Positions 25,769 through 39,751 of a stretch of 64,000 bases of DNA are shown here, one piece after another (position 1 is the stretch's first letter; the number at the start of each line of letters is the position of its first letter). The stretch lies in contig PNXV01000239.1 in NCBI GenBank assembly GCA_013239625.1, positions 62,001 to 126,000 of the forward strand, given 5' to 3'. The DNA is from Lama guanicoe. Lineage: Eukaryota. A model generated the notes under the pieces. That model saw nothing but the letters and a program-made list of their open reading frames with translations, was not told the origin of the DNA and ran no database searches. The position numbers were made by a program, and so were the translations under genes.

Positions 25769-26564
25769 GACAGGACAAGGTATACGAGAGCATTCCAGGT
25801 GACAAGCCTTCCAAAACAAGGGTAGGAAGAGGGGGAAGTGATCTTAGGGAACAACAAGTGTCCGATGCAACTGGGCATAATGCGTTGTATTTTTCTACTG
25901 TTGCATCACAGCTTTAGAAGGCTGAAGGATCATCAGCCCTAGTCTCTACAGTATTCATTCGGATGTTTTTGACTGCAAGTAACTCAAATTGGAGTGCACA
26001 GTAGAGAGAATGTATTGACAACCTGGAAGGTTCTAGTGGTAATTAGGAATTCAGGCACAGTTTGATCAGGGATCAATTCCATTTTTCTGTAAGACTTTCA
26101 TCTCTGCCTTCCTCCTTGTGTGAAATATGTTATCACACTAGCTTCCCACGTGTTACAGAGATATGGAAAGGAAGATGCATTTCAAGTAGAATAAAACCTT
26201 TAAAGTTTCCTTGGACAGCATGGAATTTTAAGCTTTATATGATGGGCAAAACCTCAAGAAGATATTGGAGGCAATGGCATTCCAGGATGAAAATCCATGA
26301 GCAGGAAACTGGAGGGTATGCCTAGGGGAAAGTTCGAGAGTCAGTTGAATCTGGCTGCTTGTGGGTAGGAAGTAAGAGCAGAGCTGGAGGGAGCTTGTAC
26401 CATAATGTGGAGGCAGCGGGGAGCCATTAAAGGAATTTCAGTAGCGGAACAACACAACAAGGTCTTAATAAAATTTCAGCCTGGCTCTCCAATATTATTA
26501 TGAGGTTGTTGTTACTTTTCTTAGGTATTATAATATTGTGGTTATTTAGGACTATGTACTCATT

Positions 26565-26628
26565 CATTCAGAACTAGAGTGAGTCTGAAATTTACTTTCA
26601 GATGGTTTAGAGGGGAGGGGTGTGTGTG

Positions 26629-26663
<35 letters not shown>

Positions 26664-26887
26664 GTGTAGAGAGAGAGCAGATTGTGGCAAAATGTTAGCC
26701 ATTTCTGACTCCTGGAGGAGAGTACACAGGTGTTCGTTACATTCAGAACGAGTGAGTCTGAAATTTACTTTCAGATGGTTTAGAGGGGAGGGGTGTGTGT
26801 GTGTGTGTGTGTGTGTAGAGAGAGAGCAGATTGTGGCAAAATGTTAGCCATTTCTGACTCCTGGAGGGGAGTACACAGGTGTTCGTT
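26565..26887. repeat. Recent tandem duplication (units 26565-26738 and 26740-26887), each containing a (TG)n tract
   Basis: Unique flanks are near-identical (one substitution, one 2-nt indel); the TG tracts differ in length. Confidence 0.92.
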
Positions 26888-29800
26888 GTACTATTTAGTC
26901 TTTCAATGTGTTTGGGGAAAAAATGTTTTCAGTACAATTTGAGAAAAGGAGAAAATTGGGTTCAGGGGAGACAGATCTCTCCGGGGGAGGGACAGGCTGG
27001 GGAGGTGGGGCAGTGAGGACCCAAGAGCCTGAGCCCCAAGGGCTGGGGCCGAGGTTCCCTGTTGCTGAGATTGGCAGAGGTCCAAGACCCAGGGCTCGGG
27101 GCGGTTGGACGTGTAGATAAGGGAGGCACGGTAGCTCGATGACTCTGCAGCTCCCAGCCTGAGGGCCCAGGAGGACCCCAGTGCCAGGAATAGAGCTGAA
27201 AAACAGCCAAGGAGGAGGAGGAGAAGGAGCCTCTAAGGAGGGTTGTTTTTGCTCTCTGCAATAGATACTTGCCTGTATGACTAATGTTGATGCATAGCAT
27301 TTCAGAGCTTGAATGACCTAAGAAATCTCATAAACAGACCCTCGTTTCCATGTTGGGGAAATAGAGTCTTGCCCAAAGTCCCTGAGCCAGAGAATTGACT
27401 GAGGATAATCTCCCAGTTAAACCAGCCCTCGTGTGTCTGTTTCCACCTTCCCCTGAACGCTCTAGGGACCAGACAGAGGAGAAATGACAAGAAGGGACAT
27501 GAGTTTGGTCTGATTTTCTTAATGAATCCTTTGAAATACTTTCTGAATGTATGTTAACAGGGAGCTTGGGTAAACTGCCATGGCATGGGGTGGGGGGCGT
27601 TGGTGGTGACAATAGTAACAGCTGACCCTGTCTGAGCCATTCACTTGGACCAGGCACTGGTCTAGGGGCTTTACTCCTATCAGTATATTTAATCCTCAGT
27701 CCTAGGAGGAGGTACTGTGTTTAGACCCATTCTACAGATGGCAACAATGAGGCTAAATAGCTCCTGTAGGGTTCCAGCGTTTCTAAGTGGCAGACTTGGG
27801 ACTAGAGCTCAGGCAGTCTGGCCCCTGGTCTGACATCTTTAACCACCTTGCCCTCAGCTACACCACTGGGTGTAGGTCCCCCTCCATTCTCAGTGACTGG
27901 CTGACTGAGTGAGTGAGTGAGTGGTCTGTTTATTTTGCAAGGGAGAGGGTCAACAGCAAATTCTGGCCCCAGCCTCATTGGTATTTTCGCAGTAAATCAA
28001 GGCCTATTTATTACTCATAGAGTATTTTGGGGGTCCATGATAAAAAAGAAATGCAAAACTTAATTTCACTTCCCTGCTACACTGCTCATTCTTTTTTAAT
28101 AACCCTCTCTTATCAGCCTCCTGGCAGCTTTTTCCTTCCTGTGCATGTTAATTACTTTATTAATTACGTTAATATCTTTGGTTCTGCCCAGCATATCTTG
28201 GTGCTTTTTGTTTCCAGCATGCACCCATTTTGCCTTGTTCATTGGCACATGAGGGCCCAGTTCCCACTTCTAAAAGGGATTCTTTGAGCCTCGGTAAACA
28301 CATGCCTTCAATTAGTTGCACAATCATCATTCCCATTTTCATCTCAACCACGTCACTAATCGAGTGTTTTTAACATTCTCCCAAATAGAGGCTGTATTGT
28401 GTTAAGTTTCTGACATTGTTCCACAACCCTTGTTTCCCCTCCAGGTCACAGCTCAGAGATCACACAACCTACGCCTCAGTGAGAAACAGTAAGATGTCCC
28501 AGGCGGGGGGAGCGAGAGGAGCTGAACCCTGGGGTAGACGGAGGCAAGGGTTTATGAGATGAGGCTGGAAGGTGAGCTGGCAACAGATCCTGGGAGACCC
28601 TGAATATTAGTTGAGAAGTCCAGACTTTACCCTGAAAGCCAGCATCTTCCCCCGGTATACAGCATGGAATGCTAATCCCATTAGCTGTCCCCAAATAAAA
28701 GGGAACGGGGAGATTTCATGGTCCACAAGTTTAAGAAATCCCAGAAACGAGGTATCTGCCTCTTGGAAATGTACAATGTATGGGCTTTAGTATGTTAAAG
28801 ACTCTGAAAAGTCCTGAAGTTTACCCAAAAACTTTTAACTAAAATTTTTTCATTTTAATTTTTAATAATAAAAACATTTAAATTAGTATTTCCAAAACAT
28901 CTTTGGCCATGGAACTCTTTATTTGTAGGCTATAGCATATTTACATTTACGTATTCTGAGGAGTGTAATTTAGGAAGTGCTGCTGGAGGATGAAGAGCCT
29001 TTTTGTGGCTTTTGAGCTGGAGGGAGCATAGACAGACTCTGCTTTAGAAAGGTGGCTCAGGCAGAGCCTCAGAACTGGGGAACGCGGGGGATGAATGGAG
29101 GCAGGAGGGGAAGAGGAGGCAGGCCCTGAACAGCTCAAGCAAGACACAATAAGGATCAAAAGCAAAGGTTTCAAATGTTTCAGTGTTTTCTTTTCGTTTT
29201 ATTTCATGCTGCATTGTTGTCTTAAAATTGGAAAATCAGTGTTGCTATAATAAATCACAGCACAAGGGTTTTACTCAGGCATCAAATCTGAATGAGAAAA
29301 GCAGTCTGTGCAATCTTCCATCTTCAAAGAAAGCATTTAGCCCAACAGGGTGCTGGGACACAATAGCCATCTGTTTCTGCACATCACCAGAGTTCATCGA
29401 GGCTTTCCAATCAGACCCAGATTTGGCTTCCAAGTCCACACCTCAGTGGCTCTGTGATCCTGGGCAAGCGGCTTTGCTTCTCCATGTCTCCGTTTTCCTA
29501 CACAGTAAAGAGCAAGAATTATCCTTGTCTCACAGGACAGCTTCAAGGACTGCATGGGGGCGGGGAGAAACATGTGCAAGTCCTGAGCACAGGGCCTGAC
29601 ACGTGATAATGTAAAAACTAACTGCCCTTCCACATTAGCCAGGATAGGCTGGAAGAGGCTGAGGTAATAATGAAGCCCTAAATCTTGGCAGCTAAGCTCT
29701 ATTTCTCAGTCATATAAAGTCCACCTGTGAATCCAGGTGGTCTCCGAGGCAACTGTCTCCCATGAGGCAGCTCTGTGATCTGGGCCCCAACACAAGGCAG

Positions 29801-30515
29801 CACGCAGATCTTGCAAACAGCTTTTCTATGCTTCAGGCCACAGAGGTCAAACGTCACTCCAGCCCACTACCCATTGGCCAGAATTAGCCATGCGACTCCC
29901 ACCTAACTGTACAGGGGCTCGGAACTGTGGGTGAGCAGATGAGATGTCCCGGGAGTGCTAGCCTCTGCCAGTCCTTCATTCCCTTTGGTCAGTCCACTTC
30001 ACCTCTCTAAGCCTCAGTTTCCTCATCTGTAAAAAAGGGCTAGTACTTCCTGTCCTATCTTTCATGGGAGTGTTAGGGGGCAGATGTGATCATATAGTGA
30101 AAAACACTAAGTTAAAGTTAGAAGTGATTATATGTTTACTTCATGCTGTGCCAAAGCCATACCACATTCTTTGGTTAATAGGAAAAATGTACAACTTCAA
30201 CACTCCTTAAATCTACGTTTTTGTTCTTATTCCCCTGAACCCATTTCATCTCTGGATTGCCTACTCCCTCCTCTTGTTTGGGTCTTTTAAGTTATTTTTC
30301 AGTGAGATCATTAAGACCACTTCTCAGTAACCTTTGCTGGCCTATTTTTGGAATCGCACACTAGGCAGCACATCCCGCACGGAAAAGGAGACCCTAAAGT
30401 GCCAAGAGGGATGACAGGGAGGCCGCCAGTGCATTTCTCAGCAGAGACAGCAGAGAAAACCCTCAGGGGCCTGCTTCACGTGACCTAGGGTTCCTTAGAT
30501 CCCCTAGGAACACCA

Positions 30516-30518
<3 letters not shown>

Positions 30519-30548
<30 letters not shown>
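30519..30548. repeat. (GT)15 microsatellite
   Basis: Directly visible. Confidence 0.95.
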
Positions 30549-30549
<1 letters not shown>

Positions 30550-33500
30550 TGTTTGGCGCACCAGTAATCCCCTCACTGAGGACACTGACGGTGTGGACTG
30601 CCAAGCGCCATGCTGTGGCATGGCTCACAGTAGCTGCTGCAGGCTCGGGGCCACCCTGGGAGAGTGGGACCCCAGGCGTGGGGAGGAGACAAGTCTTACC
30701 CACTCAGACCCCACTGGAGACTTGTGTTCTCATCTGGACCCCAGACCCCAGACCCTCTGGAGACGGTGACAAGATGCAGGGTGGCCAGGATGAGCAAAGA
30801 ATAAAAAACTGTGTCATGTAGAAAGGGTTGGTGCCAACCCAGCTAAGAGAAGGCTCAGAGGGGCTTTCCTGGAGCCAAGGGAGGAGTCATGACCGGCAGG
30901 GCCCTGGACGGCAGAGCCAGGACCAGCGGGAGCAGTCCTGGGGATACAGGTCTCAGCATAGGATGGGGAAGGAAGTTCAGGTCTTAGCCTGGCTTATCTA
31001 AAAGTGAACAGGCTTCCTCAGAGGGTAGGGAGTGTCCCATCCCCAGTGCAGAAAAGGTTGGATGAGTGCTTGGTGTGGACTGCACACTAAAGAAGTGAAG
31101 TGAAAGAAGACGCTTGGGTCTCCTTAAGCCCAAAAGTTGTGTGATTCTACAAACTTGGTGTGACCTCAGGAGACTTTTATTTATATATATATTTGTTGCT
31201 AATGGGTGTGTGTGAGATGAGTTGAGAGCAGCTTTCAGTTGTGTGAATTGGAGTGTCATGTTCACCTTGGAAACTCCATCATTGGTGCAGAGGAGAAAGC
31301 ACTGGCAGTGCAGAAACTGGCCCAGAAAACAAGCCCCTGCAGAGTGAGGAAGGGGTGTGCACTCTCTCCCGGCCCATTGCTGCCCAGGGATTCCAGCGCA
31401 CAGCCAGCCATGGCAGCAGCACCAGTTACAACATCCTATTTTGGAACAGTCTTTGCAACACTGCACTTATGGGGCTCCCAATACGCTCGCCTCCTTGAAA
31501 GGCAACAGGCGAATGAAATGGATGCGTTGTTCTCAATTGCATTAGCATGGGGCGCATGCACCTCGGCTTTGTAGTCTTTTTTATTACCATGCTCTTGCTC
31601 GATGCTCAGAACCCCCAAAGCAGGTGACCCCAGCATGTCTCAGAGGAGAACCTGGGACTCAGACTGAGCGTGTGACAGCCCTGGGCCAGAACCCTCGCCC
31701 AGAGGCCAGGCAGGTGGCTGTCCATTACACCAGGGCACTGTGGGGTCCCCTGCTGCCTTTTCACCACGGGCAAACTGTAAAATCCGAGATGCAGAGGAGA
31801 ACAGGGGGGAGCACTTGAGGCTCGTCCAAGCGCCACCTTCCTTTCTCCTTGGTGAGCTGAGACTCCCAGAACTAGCCAGAGTTTCAGGGAGAAGCACAAA
31901 CAATGGAGGACCCTGGGCTAGGAGTCAGGACCCCGGGCTCAAGTGCTAGGTCCTTGGATTTCTTGCTGTGTGGCCTTGGGTGAGTTACAGCCTATTCCTG
32001 GGCTCAGGGTTCTAAGCAAAATAGCAGCAAGTCTAATGGCCCTACTAAACTCCTCGCGTCGTTAGGCAGATCTAATGATACTGAAAACCGTAAAACTGAG
32101 TGCCAAGCACAGCAGCAGGGGAGTATAGTAGTTCTGTCCAGGATCCCAATGCTCCAGCTTCCTGATTTAGAGCATCTTCACACTCTAGTTCTGTCACCTC
32201 CCTATTCACACCAAGATGGCCTTGGGCTTGAGAGCAGGGAGTCTCTGTGAACCACCAGCCAGGTCGTGCCCTGAGTTAGCAGCAGACTGCCGTGAGAGGG
32301 TGATGAGAGATACCACGTGGGCATGGCTAGGCGGGGCTGAGCAGCGCCAGCTTAGCTGCCTCGAGGTCTGGGCTGGGAGGGCTGCGGGCTGGGCAGGGGA
32401 CGTGCCACCCCGGCCAAGGACTGAGCTGGGCAGCTTGGGCAGGGCCCCCTGAGAGCTCCTCTTATGTATGGGGCCACAGATCTCATCCCAGGCCAGGGAC
32501 AGTTGCCCCCACGTGGAGGCCCTTTGGCCTGGGAGTGCTGGCCTAGAGCAGGACGCGGGGAGTGGGCTTCAGCAGGTATTCCCAGGCCAGGCTGCAGGTT
32601 CCAGGAAGGTGCTGCCCTGACCTGGCTCAGGGCTGTGACCAAGTCTAGCTTAGGGCAGGGCTTCCCCTCCTTTTCACATCATGGCGCTCACAGGAAGCAA
32701 TGTTCTCAAGCATGAGGGTGACCACAGAAGCTGACTGTGGCTGCAGGTGCCTGGCCCCAGCCCTGTGCCCCAGGCAGAGGAAAGCACACCATCCTGGGAC
32801 ATTTGTAACCCGCTGCTGGCACACCAGTGACCAGGGCATCTTTTTGGGTAGTTCTGGATTTATGGTCTAAAGCAAAAGTTTGGGAAGTTCAAGTTCCAGC
32901 TGTCACTGAATGCCTGTGTAACCTTGAGCCTGTGGCTCAGCTGCTCCGAGCCTCATTCAGCATCCCCTAAAATGGGGGTCATACTAGACCTCAATCCTGT
33001 GTGATTGTTTAGAGGAAATGGGACAGGGTACCCAACACGCTTAGCGCAGAATGTGGCACACAGTGAGCAGTCAGCACGTGCAGGGCGGCAGAGGAAGCAC
33101 ATGTGGTAAAGGGGTGGGGGAGGTAGAGGAGAGGAAAAATTCCCACATAGGTGTCTCCAGCACGAGGCCACAGTCCTCCCCAAAGAGAGAGGCAGGAAGC
33201 ACAGGGGGCCTCGGAGGGGAGGACTCCGGGTGAGAGGACCTAGAAAGATTGCAAAGATGGAGGAAGGGGTGAAGGAAGGGCATCCCAGGACAAGGAAAAG
33301 GCTGAGTAAAGGACCCGGAGGGAGATTATGGGGCTGGGCCGTGGGTGAGTTTGGGTCATGGGATGCAGGGCTGGTCAGATATGCGGAATCTGATCACAGA
33401 GGGTCACGAAGCCCGGTTTGTGGGTCTGAGTGACTTTCCTACGGTTTGAGAAGCTGTTGAGGGTCTCTGAGTGTGGTATCATAGCCTTTATGTAGAAGAT

Positions 33501-36500
33501 TGCTCCGGAGCAGCATGGAGGAGGAGCTGGGGCGGGAAGGAGATGAGTGAGGGCAAAGGGCATGAGAGGTAGCGAGGTCCTGGAAGGCAGCCCAGGTTCC
33601 GGCGTGACCTGGGTGGACGTGAGGCAGGTCTCTGAGTTAGCAAACCCGGGAGGGATGGAAGGTTTAAGGGAGAAAGTAATGAGTTCTGACTGAGAAATGT
33701 TAAGTTGGAGGGGTCGGAGGGCAAAGAATCAAAGAACCGGGAGAGGGCAGGGCTGGAAGTGAGAGCATGATTCCTTCAGGTGGCCTCCGGGAGCAGAGGA
33801 CTAAACGGGGTCCCCTGCCTTTGGCCACTAGGAGGTCGTGGAGTCCACGGGGAGCACTGCAGTGGCTTGGGGGTGAGTGTTGGGAGGTAAAGAATGTAGG
33901 TGGAGGTACAGGCACCCTTTTCAGAAAGCTCCACTGACAGGCAAGAGAAAGGGGCCAAATCGCTTGAGAAACAGGAAGCAGGAAGGAGCCTTCGACCAGG
34001 CTAGGGCCCAGCGGGGGCGGCGGAGTAACTAGGCAGGAGAGCAGGGGTCAGGGAGCAGAGATGGGGTCAGGGGTTTCTTCCTCAGTCATTTTCCTGTTAG
34101 TGCTCAAACCCAGTGGCTGTTGACTCGTTCAACTCTTGTTCTCGTTTATTCTCAGGACTTAATTTCCAGCATCTCAGAGTCTTACTGTACCATGTCTGTG
34201 TCTGAGGGACACAAGTCTGTCTTCTCTTCTGTTCTCTCCTGTCTGCTCTCCTTCCATTGTTCTACTCACTCCCCCCACCCCCACCCCTACCCTGACGGGC
34301 AGAGGCCCGGACACCCAGGTTGGTCCCAGGACCGCGGGAAGAAAGCCAGGTTCTGCTGTCAGGGTGGTGGGCACCCTGGTCCTGCTGAGGGCGGGTGCAG
34401 CCGGACTCCAGGCAGCCGACCAGGGGCCTGTGCTTCCTGTTGGGTGTGGCCACCCCAGGCTCACCAGATGTCAGCACTCAGAGGGGAAGGAGCTTGCTTG
34501 CCCAGGCTTGGCCCACAGACGTTTCCAATCAATAACCCTGCTTCTCCAAAATCAGGTGATCATATGAATAGTTAACCCGTATTTCCACATATCCCAGTGT
34601 CAGGTGGGCCCTTGTGGGCCGTGAGATACCGGAAGTACTGCCTTAACCCCCAAGGTGGGGAGGACATCCCGAGCCTGCTAGAAATTTCCTCCCGCTCCCA
34701 GCCTTCCTCATGGGCACAGTGCAGCTCCTGGTTCACGGATACCATCTCTCTTCCACCCCACATCACCCCGGGACAAGTCCCAGTCCTTTTGCCAGGGTCA
34801 CCCCCTTCCCCTCTCACCCATCAAACATGTCCTGAATTTTTGTAGAACTTTCTGAAGGTGCAGAAGTCTGTGGGGAAGGAGCATGTGGCCCAGCCAGCTT
34901 CCGTCCTGCTGCTCTCTGCTCTCTCTCTGGAGCAGACAGTCTCCCCACCAGCTCCCAGGGTGGGTTTGGCCTCCTCTGTACACGTGGTGCCAGTGGCAAC
35001 TACCTTCCGAGAGCTGGCACTTTCCACCAAGTCGTGGCTCCCGAGAAGGGAATTCTCATCCAGTTGCTAAAACAGCAGCAGTTTCTCCAACACTGAGGTA
35101 GAGTTGTCCTCACCCACATCAGCTGCTTTCAGTCACCACTTCACTCTCTCGAGTTCTTTAACTAACTTGAGAACAGTAGCCACACTCACTTCAAAAATGT
35201 CCTTAGAGTTAGAAGCCCTTCCAAGCATTCACTTGACTCTGGAACCAGGACGAGCCGTGTGGACAGGCAGCCCAGACGCAGGATGGTGGCAGGAACCCAG
35301 CTCGTGAGCGGTGACGTGCACACAGACAGGCCCTGTGCTGCCAGGTGTCTCATTTCCAGAAGAAGCCAGAAATCTGGGTGTTCGTGTGAAATCACTGAGT
35401 CAGTTTAAATACTGACTATGAAGTCTAAAAACTTTAAGCACCATTAGGTGAAGTAAAACACATCTGTGGCCCGCACAATGCCTGAGGCGCAGGAGTTTCT
35501 CTCTGCTCTAGAGCCGCAGGAAGACTTCCCATCCTGGTGCCCAGCCACTCCCTGGTGACTCTCTCAAGGACGTGTGGAGCCACCTCCCTGTCCCCAGTCG
35601 CTGGGTCATCATTCCGTCTGGGGAAGTGCATGTTCTGGCACTGGTCTCTCATTACCCAGCATGGTCAGGCTCACTGAGAAGTGCACAACGCGCCACCCTG
35701 GTGCCAGGAGGTCGCTGCAAACCACGAGGCTGACGCCTGGGACGCGGCAGTATCATCACCCGTTCACAGGCTGCCTCATGAAAGCCCGCCATGAACAAGC
35801 ACCTCTTGGCTTCGGGTTCAGCAGCAATGCCTGTGAGCTCTTCCTGCTCCAGGCTTGCCCCAGAAGCCTCAGGCACAGGCGTGTGGAGAGTAGGGGTGCC
35901 CCTGAAGGCCTGCTTTCACAGGGAGGGGGACAGAGCCAGGCCACAGACGTTGAGATGTCCTTACCTGCTTTGCAGGAAAGAGGTCTGGCTTGGTTTTGCC
36001 TCGGACTTACGTCACCTTAAGCAAGTCTCTCATCCTCTCTGAGCCTCAGTTTCCTCACTTGTAACGTGTGCAAAATTCCTGGCTCCTGGGGTCAGAATCA
36101 AAGAGAAATCCTAGTATGAATACATCTGTGAGCTGCAAAAGGCTAGAAATGTTAGGACCTATTACTGCACCTGTCAATCCTTAACTTCCCCAAGATGATC
36201 CTCACCCCAGCTATGACCCTTACATAGCCACAGAACTTCATTCTGGATTCCAAGGTCAAACTCAGGATGCCTCTCTGAACAGGACCAGGTGAGGGTCCCA
36301 CTAGCCCACTGGCATCCTAATGCTCAACCAGGGCTCCTTGCCCTCCTCAGCCAGGTCCCAGCCACCTCCCCCACCTCCTCTCCCCTCCGCAAAGCATGGC
36401 TCCATAAGGATGTGGCCAGGGAGGTTAGGGCAAGTGGCTCTGGACCCATGACTGCTGCCCTAGACACTGCCCCAGGGACACCTAAGAAAGAGTGCACAGT

Positions 36501-39500
36501 CCAAAAGCCAGGGGTTGGCCTACAAGCCAGCTCCAGGGGGCTGACTTGGCCTTGCCTGGCACCTGTGAATGGTAAGTCCCAATAAATGTTGGCTGGTGAG
36601 CAGCCCACAAGGCTGGTTCCCCCTGTGCCAACCTACAGCATGGTCCAGTGCACAGGGCATGGGGCCAAGGTCAGAACACCTGCACCCGGGTCTCCATTTA
36701 GTCACTGCTTGCTGTGAGTCCTTTTCTGGGCCTCAGTTTCTCCATCTATAAAAAGAGGAATTGGACTAGGGCACGACCCCCTTAGTGTTTAGAAATGGGG
36801 AGCCAGGGGAGGGAGACTGGCTGACATGGTGACTAGAGGGTGTTCATGGCATCCAGGAGCCAGGGGTTCTGGGTGCCCTGCACTAGACAGGACAGCCCCT
36901 CACAACAAAGATTTACAGCCCCTCCAAAGAGAATAATTGCCGGAAGTGGCCCTGGGGAGAAACCTTGGTGGGTGATCTCACAGGTCCCTTCAATCTGGGA
37001 TTCTGAAAAAATTCACCCAGACTCATAATCAAACATTTCAAAAAAATTCTTACTTTGAAATGACAGCTTCGAGCTTTGTTGCCTCAGAGATGTGTGACTG
37101 CTGCTGTTGAGATAAGCGGCCCAGCCCCGGCGGGATCTGGAAGGCTCCTCCCGGCTCCAGCGCTCTGTGACTCTCTGCGGTTGGAGATAATGATGATGGT
37201 CTACACATAAGGAGTGGGCTTTCCAGTCTCAAAAGCCTGCTAAACACACCGGTTACCTCTTTTGATCATCTTGCCAACCCAGGGAGGTTGCAGATGAGGA
37301 AATCATGGCTCAGAAAGGCTTAGAGATACGTTCAAAGTCACACAGCTGGCAAGTGATGGACTTGGGATCTGACCCCCGTGGCCTTTCCCTCCCTGCCCAG
37401 GCTTCCTTGATGGGACAACCCCTGGCATCTCCCCCAAAAGAGGCGGTGTCAACTCACCTGCCTTCCCAGGAAAAGAGAAGCATCTCAAGACTGAAACTCA
37501 GCCCAGAAAGGTCAGACGTCCTCCCTCCTCCCACCACCACACACTTTCAAACTCACATTTATATACACACATATACTAACCTCCAGTAGGAAAACCTACC
37601 AATTTTACCACATATTTTAAAAATCAAGTTTGAAATTTAAAAAAGAGGCAGAAATGGCTCAGGAAGAAAGTTCCGAGAGCCCACTTCTGGGAGCTGGTCA
37701 GAAGGTGGAAGGCACCCACTCCTTCAAAGAAGTGCTGGCAGAGTCCTTGCCATTTCAGGTCCTGCCTGTGCACTGCTCCCGCTCCCAGGAATGCTCCCCC
37801 GCTAGGTTTTCACATGGCTGGTCTTCCCACTGTTCAGTTCAGGTCTCAGACTACATGTCACCACTTCAGAAGAGCTTTTCCCAGACTACCTGACCTGAAG
37901 CAGGTCCTCATAGCGCCTTGTCCTTCTCTTTAGGAACACCTATCACCCCTCTGCTCAGAGCTCCTGTCAACCTCCTGTACCCTCCACTGAAATGCATGCT
38001 CCAAGAAGGCAAGCATTGTGAGGTCTCAGAACTGGACCCCAGCATCGAGCCCGGCACACAGCAGGCACATGAGAAATACTGAGTTGATTCTGATGAGGGA
38101 ACACAGGACAAATATAGTCATCCCCAGTTATTCACAATCACATTAGTTATCCTGTAAATTAACCCATGGGCTCATTTGCTGAGAAATGGGAAACTGAGGT
38201 CAAAAAAAGTGTGAGGACTTGCCCAAGGTCACCCAGCAAGTCTAGAGCAGGATCCAGGCCTTTGACCTTTCAGGCGTCGATGCCTCAAGCCAGGTCCATA
38301 TCCTTGCCTGTCTGTTTTGTGCGGCCTGACAAAGCCGGATGTTTGCAGGGGCCACTGACCTACATTGTGAATAATTGCATCATGCAGAGGGACTCTCAGG
38401 CCAGCTGCTCTCCTTTTGCTGCACAGATCGGGGAGGCTTTCCCGGGCAGCGTCTGCAAGCCTCCCGCTGAGCGGCGGCTGGACCAGGAGTCAGGTGTGAG
38501 CCCTTGCAGCCTCCGGCCATCACAGACAGGCGTGGCTGCTCTGCTGGGCTCTGCGCCCTGTCAGGCAGAAAGAGCATTTTATCAGCTTGATTTCATGCAG
38601 CACCAAAGCACAGCCTTCACAGAGCTCCGGGGCTTCAGGGAGGCCTCTATCAAACGTTTAGCACTTAAGTCATTCCTCCCACGAGCAGCACCTCACAGTT
38701 TGTAGAACAGGTTTATACCCGCTGTCTCCTTGGCATGTGAAAGGCAGGGCAGGCTGAGGGATACACATGGTGAGGAAGGAACGAACGCTGGTTTGGGAGT
38801 CAGACAGATCTGGGTCTGAATCTCAGCTCTGACACGTACTGGTTGGAGATTAGGGCGTTACTTAACCTCTCTGCCTCAGTTTCCTCGTCTGTGAAGTGAG
38901 GTTAACGCCTTGTTGGATCCTTATAAAGCAGCGACAAGATAACGTGTGTAGAGCTCACAGCTTAGCAACTAGCACACTGTTGTCACTCGTGACAAGGCAG
39001 CTCTGGTGTTTTAGGGTGGCTCTTATTGGCTGAGGCCAGCCCACTCCCCCTTTGAGGTCACCTCTCATGGAACCATCCTGATCTTACTAGAATGGAAGAC
39101 CCACGGGGACAGGGCCCTTGTCAGTCCTGGTTACTGTCACATTCCCCATGCCCGGAACAGTACCCAGCAAATGGTAGTGCCTGATAATTACGGTATGAAT
39201 GAATGAATGAATGATGACTTAGGTAATGCCCAGGTGAGCAACAAGTAAGGAAGAAAAATAAAGAAGAGAAAAAAGCAAGCTGAAAGTTCTTGCAGACCAG
39301 TCATCCAAGGCAAGGGAAACATTCTTAGGCCAATGGAAATGCTGTAGCCCACACCGTACAGAGAAGTGGGCCTGAAATCCCGGCTCAGGCCCTGACATCA
39401 AATCCTAGCATGGCATCTGCAGGAGTCAGTGCCCTGTGCTCACTGGCACTGGGCGACGTGGCTGGCCCACACTGGGAACAGGGAGTGTGATGGCCAGTCC

Positions 39501-39732
39501 TTCCTTCCTCAGTAGCCCCCATTCACCCACTGCCCAAAAAGCAGGATGAGGCAGGTCTTCCAAGGTGCCTGGAGGTCTGGCCTAATTTAAGGCCAATGAG
39601 TGCCTTCTAGAGAAAAGGATGCTGCTGCTGATGGCTTCGCCACTTGCAGCCCCACTGAGCTACACAAGCAGCTCTGCGTCCCCAGGAGAGGGTGAGCCAC
39701 GGCTGCTGGGCGGAACCCTCCACATGGTTCTT

Positions 39733-39751
39733 TGCTGCCCTCTAGCGGCGC
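39733..39751 (-). promoter_or_regulatory. Candidate CTCF binding site
   Basis: Minus strand GCGCCGCTAGAGGGCAGCA fits the core GCCRSYAGRKGGCRSYV, in locally CpG-rich DNA with no recognisable repeat. Confidence 0.5.

Noticed and set aside
26565..26887. CRISPR-like repeat-spacer array
   Set aside because: Only two units, the variable part is a TG microsatellite, and the context is a mammalian intron.
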